Assembly (NCBI GenBank): GCA_944350225.1
Contig: CALVOH010000002.1
Location: 1-38,592 of the forward strand
Direction of reading: 5' to 3'
Origin: an uncultured Clostridia bacterium
Lineage (GTDB): Bacteria > Bacillota > Clostridia > Christensenellales > UBA1242
DNA: 38,592 bases
This document shows positions 1 through 8,198 of this stretch, one piece after another; position 1 is the stretch's first letter; each line of letters begins with the position of its first letter. The position numbers were made by a program, and so were the translations under genes. The notes under the pieces are model-generated. The model was not told the origin of the DNA. It was given only the letters and a program-made list of their open reading frames with translations, and made no database searches.

Positions 1-423
1 ACTCTCATCATAGTTTTTGCATGGTGATAACTTGTCTTTTAATTCTAGACATAATCTTTCTGCCGTTTTTTTGCCAAGGCCTTTAATCGATGAAAGTGAG
101 CGAACATCTTCTTTTATTATTGCTACTATTAAATCTGACAATGGCATGCCAGAAAGCACACTCAATGCTAATTTTGGGCCAATTCCAGAAACCTCTATTA
201 AACGTAAAAATAAAGTCTTTTCTTCAATCGATGAAAATCCATATAGAGAAACGTCGTCTTCTCTTACAGTCATATGTGTTAAAATTTTTACTGTTTCACC
301 ACGGTTTGGCAACGCTTGAAATGTGGTTTTGGATATGAAAAGGCTAAATCCTATGCCATTTACATCAATGGTAAGCGTATCTTCCTTTTTTTCTTCAATT
401 ATACCAACAAGAAAAGCAATCAT
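1..423 (-). CDS. ruvA: Holliday junction branch migration protein RuvA, N-terminal 141 codons (the 3' end runs off the left edge of the window)
   Basis: Absent from the ORF track because it has no stop in the window. My reverse-strand translation from ATG 423..421 gives MIAFLVGIIEEKKEDTLTIDVNGIGFSLFISKTTFQALPNRGETVKILTHMTVREDDVSLYGFSSIEEKTLFLRLIEVSGIGPKLALSVLSGMPLSDLIVAIIKEDVRSLSSIKGLGKKTAERL... This shows the OB domain plus the two HhH motifs (SGIGPK, GLGKKTA). It lies 10 nt downstream of ruvC. Confidence 0.9.
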   Translation of the reverse strand, partial: MIAFLVGIIEEKKEDTLTIDVNGIGFSLFISKTTFQALPNRGETVKILTHMTVREDDVSLYGFSSIEEKTLFLRLIEVSGIGPKLALSVLSGMPLSDLIVAIIKEDVRSLSSIKGLGKKTAERLCLELKDKLSPCKNYDES

Positions 424-433
424 ATTTTCTCCT

Positions 434-922
434 TTAAACTTTATTTAAGTTAAGTCGTGGGCTTGTTTGAGCATGAGTCAAAGCAACTGCCAAAGCATCA
501 GCTGCGTCATCTGGTTTTGGGATTTCTTTAAGGCCCAATATACTTTTAACCATAAATTGAACTTGTTTCTTTTCTGCTCTACCCTGACCTGTTAGTGCTT
601 GCTTAATTTGCATTGGAGTGTATTCAAATATGTTTTCACAATATTTTTGTGCAGTTAAAAGTATAACACCTCTTGCCTCTGCCACGGGAATTATGGTCTT
701 TTGGTTTTTAAAATAAAAAAGCTCTTCTATTGCCACAGCATCTGGTTTGTATAAATTAAATAGTGAGATCAAAGCGCTTTCGATATTTTTTAACCTAATT
801 GAAATGGAGTCTTCTTTTGGGGTTGTGATAACTCCATAATCAATCACTTTATTGTCTTTTGTCGTGTCGATTATTCCATAACCTATAATAGCATAACCAG
901 GGTCAATACCAAGAACTTTCAT
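434..922 (-). CDS. ruvC: Crossover junction endodeoxyribonuclease RuvC
   Basis: MKVLGIDPGYAIIGYGII...AIEELFYFKNQKT...DAADALAVALTHA is a typical RuvC/RNase H-fold signature. I chose ATG 922 over the track's TTG at 1012 because homologues begin at M(K/R)ILGIDPG. The extra 30 residues are hydrophobic junk that overlaps the promoter. Confidence 0.9.
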   Translation of the reverse strand: MKVLGIDPGYAIIGYGIIDTTKDNKVIDYGVITTPKEDSISIRLKNIESALISLFNLYKPDAVAIEELFYFKNQKTIIPVAEARGVILLTAQKYCENIFEYTPMQIKQALTGQGRAEKKQVQFMVKSILGLKEIPKPDDAADALAVALTHAQTSPRLNLNKV

Positions 923-928
923 AACAAA

Positions 929-958
929 AGTATAATATATTAAGTAAAAAAAAGTCAA
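929..958 (-). promoter_or_regulatory. Putative sigma-A promoter of ruvC-ruvA (TTGACT - 18 nt - TATACT)
   Basis: The minus strand reads TTGACT (958..953), an 18-nt spacer, then TATACT (934..929). The -10 ends only 6 nt before the ruvC ATG. AT-rich context makes chance matches likely. Confidence 0.35.
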
Positions 959-1075
959 ATAAAAAACAAATTGTTGTGCTTTTTGTAGAATAATTTTTAT
1001 AAAGGAGTGCAATTTGATTTGACCATAAAAAGGTTTGTGCGTTACACAAAATCACGAACATATAAATGCATAAAA

Positions 1076-1105
1076 TATAAAAAAACTTGTTAAATAAAAC
1101 AAGTT
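1076..1105 (-). terminator. Intrinsic terminator after yebC
   Basis: The minus strand reads AACTTGTT-TTATTT-AACAAGTT followed by TTTTTAT. This is an 8-bp perfect stem (1084..1091 / 1098..1105) starting 8 nt after the yebC stop. Confidence 0.65.
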
Positions 1106-1112
1106 CTTTTAA

Positions 1113-1847
1113 TTATTCTTCATCTGGTAGATTTACGTTGTGATATACTTCTTGAACATCGTCTAAATCATTTAATATATCGAGCATTTTTTGGAACGAA
1201 ACAAGTTTTGCCTGATCTAAATCAACATAAAGATCTGGCACTAGTTGTGATTCTGCTAACACGATGTTGTATCCCTTATCTTCAAGATTTTGTTTGATTT
1301 GTGTAACTTCATTCGGTTCGGTTATTATTTCAATTTCATCATCCTCTTCGACGACGTCTTTTGCTCCAAATTCTAAAGCGTCCATCATTAAGCTGTCGCA
1401 GTCTAGCCCTTCTTCACGAGGAACGATTATAATGCCTTTTCTTTGAAATAAGTAACTTACGCAACCGTTTGATCCTAAACTTCCTCCATGTTTGTCAAAA
1501 GCATGTCTAACATCACCGGCCGTCCTGTTTTTGTTGTCTGTAAGACATTCTACTATAACGGCGGAGCCACCTATTCCGTATCCTTCATAGACGATCGATT
1601 CATAATTGACCGACCCAAGCTCGCCGGATGCTTTTTTTATGCTTCTTTCTATGTTGTCATTTGGCATATTGTTTTGCTTTGCTTTCGAAATAACATCTCT
1701 AAGTTTTGCATTTGTTGTAGGATCAGGACCACCAGATTTTACTGCAACTGCTAGTTCGCGACCTATTTTAGTGAATATTTTGCTTCTCGCGGCATCCATT
1801 TTGCCTTTTGTGGCTTGAATGTTATGCCATTTTGAATGTCCTGACAT
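1113..1847 (-). CDS. yebC: YebC/PmpR-family DNA-binding transcriptional regulator
   Basis: MSGHSKWHNIQATKGKMDAARSKIFTKIGRELAVAVKSGGPDPTTNAKLR is the hallmark N-terminus of the YebC/TACO1 family. An AGGAGG RBS lies upstream. Confidence 0.9.
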   Translation of the reverse strand: MSGHSKWHNIQATKGKMDAARSKIFTKIGRELAVAVKSGGPDPTTNAKLRDVISKAKQNNMPNDNIERSIKKASGELGSVNYESIVYEGYGIGGSAVIVECLTDNKNRTAGDVRHAFDKHGGSLGSNGCVSYLFQRKGIIIVPREEGLDCDSLMMDALEFGAKDVVEEDDEIEIITEPNEVTQIKQNLEDKGYNIVLAESQLVPDLYVDLDQAKLVSFQKMLDILNDLDDVQEVYHNVNLPDEE

Positions 1848-1858
1848 TTGTTTTCCTC

Positions 1859-2578
1859 CTATTTATTTTTAGTTAGTTCAAACATGATTATAGAACCACT
1901 GACTCCTGCATTTAAACTCTCTATTTTGCTGTTCATTGGAATTGCAACAGAGTCTTTACATATGCTTTTTAATTGCTCGCTAACACCGTTACCCTCGTTT
2001 CCTACTACTATACCGACAGGTTTTGTTGTTGAATATGAAAATATGTTTTTGCCTTGCATATCAGCATAAATTAAATTTAATTTTTCCTTTATTGCAAAAT
2101 TGCAAAAGTCCTTTCTATCCATAGAGTGAATAGGAATGTTAAATATTGCACCTGCTGAACTTCTAATAAGTTTTGGATTTGTTGGTTTTACACCGGACAA
2201 AATAAAAACTCTTTCCATGCCACTTGCAATCGCACTTCTAATAAGAGTTCCAACGTTTCCAGGGTCTTGTAAACCATCTAAAACTAAAAAATGGTTTTTA
2301 GGTTTTTTTAAGCTATCTTGTGTGTATTCAACCACAACACACACATCTTGTGGTGTTTTAACGTCTGCAAGTTCTTTTAATAGAGATTCATCTGCTAGAT
2401 ATGTTTCGCAATCAAAATCAGCCTGATCATATTTTTTTGTTATTAACGCCAATTTCGGTTTTACACCACTGCTTATTGCATCTTTGATTATTTTATAGTT
2501 ATCTAAAAAAAGCAAAAAATCATTCTCTCTTTTTTGCTTTTTTAAATTCTTGACAAGTGTTTTGCTTGCCTTTTGCAT
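1859..2578 (-). CDS. TrmH/SpoU-family RNA 2'-O-methyltransferase
   Basis: The C-terminal half carries SpoU motifs (LVLDGLQDPGNVGTLIRSA, GIVVGNEGNGVS, IPMNSKIESLNAGVSGSIIMFE). It sits directly downstream of rplT, as in many Firmicutes. The exact rRNA or tRNA target cannot be inferred. Confidence 0.8.
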   Translation of the reverse strand: MQKASKTLVKNLKKQKRENDFLLFLDNYKIIKDAISSGVKPKLALITKKYDQADFDCETYLADESLLKELADVKTPQDVCVVVEYTQDSLKKPKNHFLVLDGLQDPGNVGTLIRSAIASGMERVFILSGVKPTNPKLIRSSAGAIFNIPIHSMDRKDFCNFAIKEKLNLIYADMQGKNIFSYSTTKPVGIVVGNEGNGVSEQLKSICKDSVAIPMNSKIESLNAGVSGSIIMFELTKNK

Positions 2579-2580
2579 AA

Positions 2581-2925
2581 TTAAGCTTTTACCTCGTTGA
2601 CAAGAGCTGTGAAAGCGGCAGGATCCTTAACTGCGATGTCAGCAAGCACCTTTCTGTTTAGGTCAATGTTTTTTGATTTTAACCCAGCTATAAATTTGCT
2701 GTATGAAATGTCATTAAGTCTGCAAGCAGCATTAATTCTTGTGATCCAAAGGCTACGGAAATCTCTTTTCTTTTGACGACGGCCAATGTAAGCATACATT
2801 CCGCTCTTCATTACCTGTTCGCGTGCTACTCTGTAAAGTTTAGATTTTGCTCCACGATAACCTTTTGCTTGCTTTAAGATTTTTCTTCTTTTCTTTAATG
2901 CGTTTACGCTTCTTTTAATTCTCAT
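2581..2925 (-). CDS. rplT: 50S ribosomal protein L20
   Basis: [31 protein letters not shown]...[19 protein letters not shown] is canonical L20. Confidence 0.97.
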   Translation of the reverse strand: MRIKRSVNALKKRRKILKQAKGYRGAKSKLYRVAREQVMKSGMYAYIGRRQKKRDFRSLWITRINAACRLNDISYSKFIAGLKSKNIDLNRKVLADIAVKDPAAFTALVNEVKA

Positions 2926-2937
2926 CTAACACCTCTC

Positions 2938-3132
2938 TTATTTTCCAAGTAAAGTTTTGATATTGTCTGCGTTTTTGCCTGCAATATATGAACCTTTTCT
3001 CAATTTTCTTTTTCTTGCTTGTGATTTTGTTGTTAAAAAGTGCCCTTTTGTTGGTCTAGCATATTTAACCTTTCCTGTTGCTGTAAGTTTAAAGCGCTTT
3101 TTAGCACCACTATGTGTTTTTTGTTTTGGCAT
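2938..3132 (-). CDS. rpmI: 50S ribosomal protein L35
   Basis: MPKQKTHSGAKKRFKLTATGKVKYARPTKGHFLTTKS is canonical L35, lying between infC and rplT. Confidence 0.97.
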   Translation of the reverse strand: MPKQKTHSGAKKRFKLTATGKVKYARPTKGHFLTTKSQARKRKLRKGSYIAGKNADNIKTLLGK

Positions 3133-3146
3133 AATACTTTCTCCTT

Positions 3147-3662
3147 TTATTTGTTATTTTGTGGATTTACAACGGCTATAATATTTTTTCCATTGACTTC
3201 TGGCTCTTTATCGCAAGTGCCATAACCAGCGAGTTTAGCTATAAAATTTTTTACAACATCAACGCAGGTCTTTGTGTATGCTTGTTGTCTGCCTCGCATA
3301 CGTAAAGTGATTTTAACCTTGTTGCCATCTGTTAAAAACTTTATGGCGTTTGTTACGCGGTATGCAATATCATGATCACTGATAGTCATTGAAAGCTGGA
3401 TTTCTTTAATCTCAATAGTCTTTTGATTTTTACGCATTTCCTTTTCTTTTTTAATGCTGTCAAATTTGTATTTTCCGTAATCCATGAGTTTGCATACGGC
3501 CGGTTTTGTTCCTCCGTTCATTAACACGAGGTCAAGACCTTTTTCATCTGCGATAGATTGTGCTGATGAGAGCGACATAACTCCAAGTTGAGCGCCGTCA
3601 TCTCCTATTAATCTTACTTCATCAGCTGTAATTTGCTCGTTTATTAACAATTCTTTAAAAAT
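3147..3662 (-). CDS. infC: Translation initiation factor IF-3, probably starting at a non-canonical ATT codon
   Basis: INEQITADEVRLIGDDGAQLGVMS...KYKFDSIKKEKEMRKNQK...MRGRQ is canonical IF-3. The track starts at TTG 3650. Four codons upstream, in frame, is ATT (3662..3660), preceded by GGAGAA (3675..3670) at 7-nt spacing. ATT/AUU starts on infC are a well-established autoregulatory feature. Confidence 0.9.
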   Translation of the reverse strand: MFKELLINEQITADEVRLIGDDGAQLGVMSLSSAQSIADEKGLDLVLMNGGTKPAVCKLMDYGKYKFDSIKKEKEMRKNQKTIEIKEIQLSMTISDHDIAYRVTNAIKFLTDGNKVKITLRMRGRQQAYTKTCVDVVKNFIAKLAGYGTCDKEPEVNGKNIIAVVNPQNNK

Positions 3663-3820
3663 AGTCGTGTTCTCCTTTTATAAAAAAATTGGCAGAACGC
3701 AAAAGCTCCACCAAAACAACTCTATTTTATAAGCACAATTGATATGCTTGTAAAGTTTTATAACACGGTCCAAATCTAACAATAGTTTGACCGGTGAGAA
3801 GTGGTCTTCTGCTTTCGTCT
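3663..3820 (-). promoter_or_regulatory. infC-rpmI-rplT 5' leader with an intrinsic attenuator hairpin (L20-leader type, putative)
   Basis: This is a leader of about 155 nt between the promoter and the infC start. In the RNA, UUGGUGGAGC-UUUUGC-GUUCUGCCAA (3714..3689; 10 bp including G-U pairs) is followed by U7 (3688..3682), just upstream of the RBS. A terminator inside the leader fits the L20-dependent attenuation described for the B. subtilis infC operon. The L20-binding mimic itself was not verified. Confidence 0.5.
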
Positions 3821-3825
3821 TGTTT

Positions 3826-3855
3826 ATAATATCACAACTGTTATTTTATTGTCAA
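3826..3855 (-). promoter_or_regulatory. Putative sigma-A promoter of the infC operon
   Basis: The minus strand reads TTGACA (3855..3850), a spacer of 17 or 18 nt, then ATATTA/TATTAT (3832..3826). Confidence 0.5.
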
Positions 3856-3884
3856 GCATTTTTTTACTTTTTTTATAAATTAAA

Positions 3885-4460
3885 TTATTTTATCTTAATT
3901 ACAAAAAGTCTTTCTATAAGTCTTCCAATCTTTAATATGATATGGTTTGCATTCTTTATTGCCCTTCCTTTCATAATAGCTTTAAAAAATATTATCAAAC
4001 CAGCAATTAAGGAACTCACCATCGTTGAAATAAGGACTGTTATGCTAGGAGAAGATATATTTTTTGATAAAGTCATTATTATACACGCTCCCCCTGCTCC
4101 ACTTAATATGCCACATATGTCACCAACTACGTCTGCACAAAAAGAGCATACCTTTTCAGAATTTTGACAAAGTTTTTGAGCGACTTGCGCTCCCGGTTGT
4201 TTTTCTCGTATGAGCTTTAAAAAATATTCTTCTTCACAACTTGTTACTGCTATGCCTATCATATCAAAAATGACACTTATCGCAATAAACAACAAAATCA
4301 ATATAGTAGCGACGACAACACCCAACGTGCTTAAAATGGATTGACTTATTATAGAAAAAATACTAGAAAGGCATACTGAAACGACAAACATCTTTATCGC
4401 CCAGCGATAACGTTTAATTTCAACACTTTGTATTTTTGCGTTTTTGTTTTTGTTTTTCAC
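3885..4460 (-). CDS. Integral membrane protein of unknown function, with a weak CNNM/DUF21-like pattern (unverified)
   Basis: A 191-aa ORF with 3-4 hydrophobic helices and a central amphipathic hairpin (FDMIGIAVTSCEEEYFLKLIREKQPGAQVAQKL...VVGDICGILSGAGGA). The start is uncertain: the track's start is GTG 4460 with no SD, and the first ATG is at codon 24. Confidence 0.6.
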   Translation of the reverse strand: MKNKNKNAKIQSVEIKRYRWAIKMFVVSVCLSSIFSIISQSILSTLGVVVATILILLFIAISVIFDMIGIAVTSCEEEYFLKLIREKQPGAQVAQKLCQNSEKVCSFCADVVGDICGILSGAGGACIIMTLSKNISSPSITVLISTMVSSLIAGLIIFFKAIMKGRAIKNANHIILKIGRLIERLFVIKIK

Positions 4461-4725
4461 AAAAATAATATATTTTTAATTTTAAGTTAATATGAAAACA
4501 CTAAGTTTTTAAGTAAAAATTAACATCAGTAGATGTTATTAAAATATGTTATATAGCATTTTTTAAAGTTTAATCTTAAATAAAAAGTAAAATACAAACT
4601 TCTTAAATTTAAAAACTCACATAAATAATTTATTATTAATATTGCTATATTTTTGATTTGTTATTATTTTAAAAAAATAAAACAGATATATTATGAAAAT
4701 ATAAAGGCTATTGTTTTATGGTTTT

Positions 4726-4773
4726 ATAAAACAACTATTATGTTATGTTTTTATAACATAATAGTTGTTTATA
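4726..4773 (-). terminator. Intrinsic terminator after proS (palindrome copy A)
   Basis: An 18-bp perfect inverted repeat, aaacaactattatgttat (4729..4746) / ataacataatagttgttt (4753..4770), with a 6-nt loop. It begins 19 nt after the proS stop. On the minus strand it is followed by a U/A-rich stretch, TATAAAAC. Confidence 0.55.
4735..4764. repeat. 30-nt palindromic core, copy A (ctattatgttatgtttttataacataatag)
   Basis: It differs at 1 of 30 positions from 13497..13526 (t versus c at core position 18). Confidence 0.9.
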
Positions 4774-4789
4774 TTGTGTATTCATTATT

Positions 4790-6490
4790 TTAATAAACTA
4801 TAATCTCATCTAATTTTTTTGATAAGTTTTGTTCACTTACAAAAAACTTTTCACCTGTTGACCTAATACTGATTTCAATATTTCCGTTTTCTATTGTCTT
4901 TGGACTGATCACAATGCGGACAGGTATGCCCATAAGTTCGCTGTCAGTCAGTTTTGTTCCGGCTGATGCTACTCTGTCATCATACAACACTTCAAAATTT
5001 TCTGCTTGTAGTCTTGAATATAACTTTTCTGCTTGTGCCCGCACATTTTCATCGTCTAGGCGAAGTGGACAAAGGTAAATATGCCATGGAGCTATTGCCA
5101 TTGGCCAGCATAAGCCTTTTTCATCGCTACTTTCTTCTGCTATGCTCGCAAGACATCTGCCTACACCTATTCCATAGCATCCCATAATAGGATTTATTGT
5201 AGAGCCATCTGGTAGTGAAACCGTCAATCCCATCTGTTTTGTATAACGTGTGCCTAATTGGAAGATGTTTCCTATTTCGATGCCCCGTTTTACTAAAAGT
5301 TTGTTTCCACACACTGGGCATTTTTCACCCTCTTTGACTTTTGAAATATCCACGTATTTCTCAGGTCTAACGTCTCTCGTCATACTCACGCCTATAAAAT
5401 GATAACCTTCCTTATTAGCACCTGTCACAAAGCTTTCTAATCCTTCTAGTGACTTATCATAATAGATTTCTGCATTTTCAATGTTCAAATTTATGCAACC
5501 TATATTGCCCTTAACAAGTCCACTTTCTGTTAAATCTTTTATTGCTATATCTGCACCGACGATCGCTTTTAGTTTTGCTTCGTTGACTTCTTTATCACCT
5601 CGCAAAAAAGCGATAACAACTCTTTCGCTGTCGCCTATAACGGCATAACAAACTGCCTTTGCTATTTGATTTGGAGTTTTGTTTAGGTTTGAGCAAACTT
5701 CATCGATAGTCTTTGCTTCGCCTGTGAACACTTCGGTTTTTACTCCAAAGATATGTTCGTTTTCTTCTGGAATTGAACAAGCGACGTCAACGTTTGAGGC
5801 TGTATCACAATGAGGGCAAACTATTATTGTGTCTTCTCCTATATCTGTTAAAAGTTGGAACTCGTCAGCGACTTTTCCGCCCATCATGCCTGAGTCAGAA
5901 TGAACTGATATGACCTTTTTCATGCCCATACGATTAAATATTTTAAAATAGGAGTCATAGACTTTTTTGTAATACTGCTCTAAATCGGCTTGATTTTCAT
6001 GAAAGGAATAAGCATCTTTCATTGTGAATTCTTTCACCCTTATAAGTCCAGCCCTAGGGCGTGCTTCATCGCGATATTTTGTTTGAATTTGATAAATCAT
6101 AAATGGCAGTTGGTCATAACTTTTTAAACTGCCTAAAACTGAATGCACTGCAGCTTCTTCATGAGTCATTCCAAGCACCATATCATGCCCTGTTCTGTCT
6201 TTAAAACGCAATAACTCCTCAGCTATTGAAGAATATCTTCCTGAAAGATCCCAGAGTTCTCTTGGCATAACAACTGGAAACAGACATTCTTGGCCATCGA
6301 GTGCGTCCATCTCCTCTCGTATGATTTCTTGTAATTTTAAATTTATTCTTTGTGCCGGAGGAAGCAAAGTGTAGATGCCGTTTGAAACTTGCTTTATGTA
6401 ACCAGCACGAATAAGGTAAGCATGACTTTTTGATGTTACATTGTTTGGAGAATCTTTCAATCTTTCTCCTATAAGTTTGGATAATTTCAT
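4790..6490 (-). CDS. proS: Prolyl-tRNA synthetase (bacterial type with an inserted editing domain)
   Basis: A 566-aa class II aaRS with MKLSKLIGERLKDSPNNVTSKSHAYLIRAGYIKQ, FRDE..PRAGLIRVKEF.MKDAYSF and GCYGIGVGR motifs. Its ATG overlaps the xseB stop (ATGA). Confidence 0.95.
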   Translation of the reverse strand: MKLSKLIGERLKDSPNNVTSKSHAYLIRAGYIKQVSNGIYTLLPPAQRINLKLQEIIREEMDALDGQECLFPVVMPRELWDLSGRYSSIAEELLRFKDRTGHDMVLGMTHEEAAVHSVLGSLKSYDQLPFMIYQIQTKYRDEARPRAGLIRVKEFTMKDAYSFHENQADLEQYYKKVYDSYFKIFNRMGMKKVISVHSDSGMMGGKVADEFQLLTDIGEDTIIVCPHCDTASNVDVACSIPEENEHIFGVKTEVFTGEAKTIDEVCSNLNKTPNQIAKAVCYAVIGDSERVVIAFLRGDKEVNEAKLKAIVGADIAIKDLTESGLVKGNIGCINLNIENAEIYYDKSLEGLESFVTGANKEGYHFIGVSMTRDVRPEKYVDISKVKEGEKCPVCGNKLLVKRGIEIGNIFQLGTRYTKQMGLTVSLPDGSTINPIMGCYGIGVGRCLASIAEESSDEKGLCWPMAIAPWHIYLCPLRLDDENVRAQAEKLYSRLQAENFEVLYDDRVASAGTKLTDSELMGIPVRIVISPKTIENGNIEISIRSTGEKFFVSEQNLSKKLDEIIVY

Positions 6491-6705
6491 TCTTCCTCCT
6501 CTATTTTTAAGCCGTCGATTGTGTTTTTTATTGTAAGCATTTTGCCTTTTACGACTTTAAGATGTTCATAACATATTTTGATTAATTCAGCACCATCTTC
6601 AAAAAGTTTTGACGCTTGTTCAAGGGTTATATTTTGCGCTGAAAGTTTTTCAGTGATTTCGTTTAATTTTTTAATAGCATCTTCATAGCTTAATTTTTCA
6701 GACAT
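6487..6705 (-). CDS. xseB: Exodeoxyribonuclease VII small subunit
   Basis: A 72-aa helical protein, SYEDAIKKLNEITEKLSAQNITLEQASKLFEDGAELIKICYEHL, a typical XseB. It overlaps xseA by 8 nt. Confidence 0.9.
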   Translation of the reverse strand: MSEKLSYEDAIKKLNEITEKLSAQNITLEQASKLFEDGAELIKICYEHLKVVKGKMLTIKNTIDGLKIEEEE

Positions 6706-7819
6706 CTTTCACCTCTTCTGGTTTGGCAATTACTTTTCCATCATAGAACAATATATCTAGCTTTGATGATAACACAATATCTTTTGCCTTGTCAACAACT
6801 TTGCCATTTTGTTCGACTTTTGCAAATCCACGTTTTAAAATAGCCTTTGGATCAAGCCCTTCTAGCGTTTTATCTAAAAGCCCAAGTTCGTATTCTCTAT
6901 CTCGTAAAAGCATATCGAGGTCTTTGATAAAGTTTTCTTTTGATGATTGCAATTTTGATATTAAATCAAACACTACTCTTTCACTATTGTTTTTAAAAGA
7001 ATAAAGGGCATTTTCAAATTGTAATTTTCTTTTGCTTGTTTCTTCTGTTAAAATTTCGGCAGCAGCCGATGGAGTGGGCGCTCTTAAATCACTGACAAAA
7101 TCGATAATAGTGAAGTCGGTTTCATGCCCTACTGCTGATATAATCGGTTTTTCGCAAGCGAATGTCGCTCTTGCCACGCGCTCTGTGTTATATGCACTCA
7201 AATCTTCCATTGAGCCTCCGCCTCTTGCGACCACGATAACGTCTATTTTGTCAAAATTGGACAAATCTTCGATCGCTTTGGCGATTTCCTCATCTGCATT
7301 TTTACCTTGAACTTTTGTTGGATAGATGGCGATGTTTACCGATGGATCTCGACGAGAGCAAACACTATAAATGTCGTGTATGACAGCACCATCTTTTGAC
7401 GTGATAACTCCAATGGTCTTAACGTTTTTCGGTATTTGCTTTTTTTTGTTTGAGTCAAATAGTCCCTCTTTTTCTAATTTATCTTTCATAAGCAAAAATT
7501 GCATATAAAGCTCGCCTTGACCAAATTTTTCTGCCTTGTTGACAACAAAAGAAAGCCTTCCACCTTTAACGTAATAATTTGGAGAGCCTGTCACGGTTAT
7601 TTTATTACCTTCTTCCAATATGTCAAAAAGCTCACTGATAAAAGAGACACAACTAATTGCACTTGTTTCGTCTTTTAGCGAAAAATAAATTGCATTGCGA
7701 GTTTTAGATATGCCAAAAACTTCTCCAACAATTTTTATGTTATGGAGAAGTTCTTCTGCATCAAAAATTTGTTTTATATAAGTGTTGTATTGTGTTACTG
7801 TTAGTGTGCTAAGTGGCAT
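6698..7819 (-). CDS. xseA: Exodeoxyribonuclease VII large subunit
   Basis: It has an N-terminal OB fold (LTVTQYNTYIKQIFD...KIVGEV) and a catalytic core (VITSKDGAVIHDI, VARGGGSMEDLSAYNTE, PIISAVGHETDFTI.DFVSDLRAPTPSAAAE). Confidence 0.93.
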   Translation of the reverse strand: MPLSTLTVTQYNTYIKQIFDAEELLHNIKIVGEVFGISKTRNAIYFSLKDETSAISCVSFISELFDILEEGNKITVTGSPNYYVKGGRLSFVVNKAEKFGQGELYMQFLLMKDKLEKEGLFDSNKKKQIPKNVKTIGVITSKDGAVIHDIYSVCSRRDPSVNIAIYPTKVQGKNADEEIAKAIEDLSNFDKIDVIVVARGGGSMEDLSAYNTERVARATFACEKPIISAVGHETDFTIIDFVSDLRAPTPSAAAEILTEETSKRKLQFENALYSFKNNSERVVFDLISKLQSSKENFIKDLDMLLRDREYELGLLDKTLEGLDPKAILKRGFAKVEQNGKVVDKAKDIVLSSKLDILFYDGKVIAKPEEVKDV

Positions 7820-8197
7820 TTAATTCTCCTTTAATGAACTGCTTAGCACACCATTAATAAAACGTGGAGAGTCATTTGTTGAATAGATTTTTGCTATTTC
7901 GACTACCTCGTTTATTACGACTGGGGCTGGAACTTTTAAGTAATTGATTTCTGTTAATGCTTCACAAAGTAATGCAAGATCAATTCTATGAACCCTATCT
8001 AAAGAATAGTCAACTAACAATTTTTCTATTTTTTCTTCAATTTCTTTTTTGTTTTTTGAATATGCAGAAAAAATTTGTTGAGCAAAATCTTTGTCTTTTT
8101 CATTTAATTCTGCCAACAATTCTTCATCATCTGGATCTTCTGTAAAAAATCTTTCAAAGATCATTTTAAAGGCTTGAATTCGCGAATCGCGCCTCAT
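7820..8197 (-). CDS. nusB: Transcription antitermination factor NusB
   Basis: MRRDSRIQAFKMIF...DRVHRIDLALLCEALTEI...VVINEVVEIAKIYSTNDSPRFINGVL is NusB-like. I chose ATG 8197 (GGGG sits 8 nt upstream, and this start avoids overlap with the upstream stop) over the track's TTG at 8215. Confidence 0.9.
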   Translation of the reverse strand: MRRDSRIQAFKMIFERFFTEDPDDEELLAELNEKDKDFAQQIFSAYSKNKKEIEEKIEKLLVDYSLDRVHRIDLALLCEALTEINYLKVPAPVVINEVVEIAKIYSTNDSPRFINGVLSSSLKEN

Positions 8198-8198
8198 C

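Noticed and set aside
17-338. Plus-strand ORFs 17..319 and 90..338
   Set aside because: They are antisense to a clearly recognisable ruvA reading frame. Their translations are low-complexity with no motifs.
1021-1060. Second small hairpin (tttgtg-taacg-cacaaa) between the yebC terminator and the ruvC promoter
   Set aside because: It has only a 6-bp A/U-rich stem. That is too weak to call as a terminator or regulatory element.
3787-4167. 126-aa plus-strand ORF
   Set aside because: It overlaps the infC promoter and is antisense to the membrane-protein gene at 3885..4460. The hydrophobic translation is expected from the antisense of a TM-rich gene.
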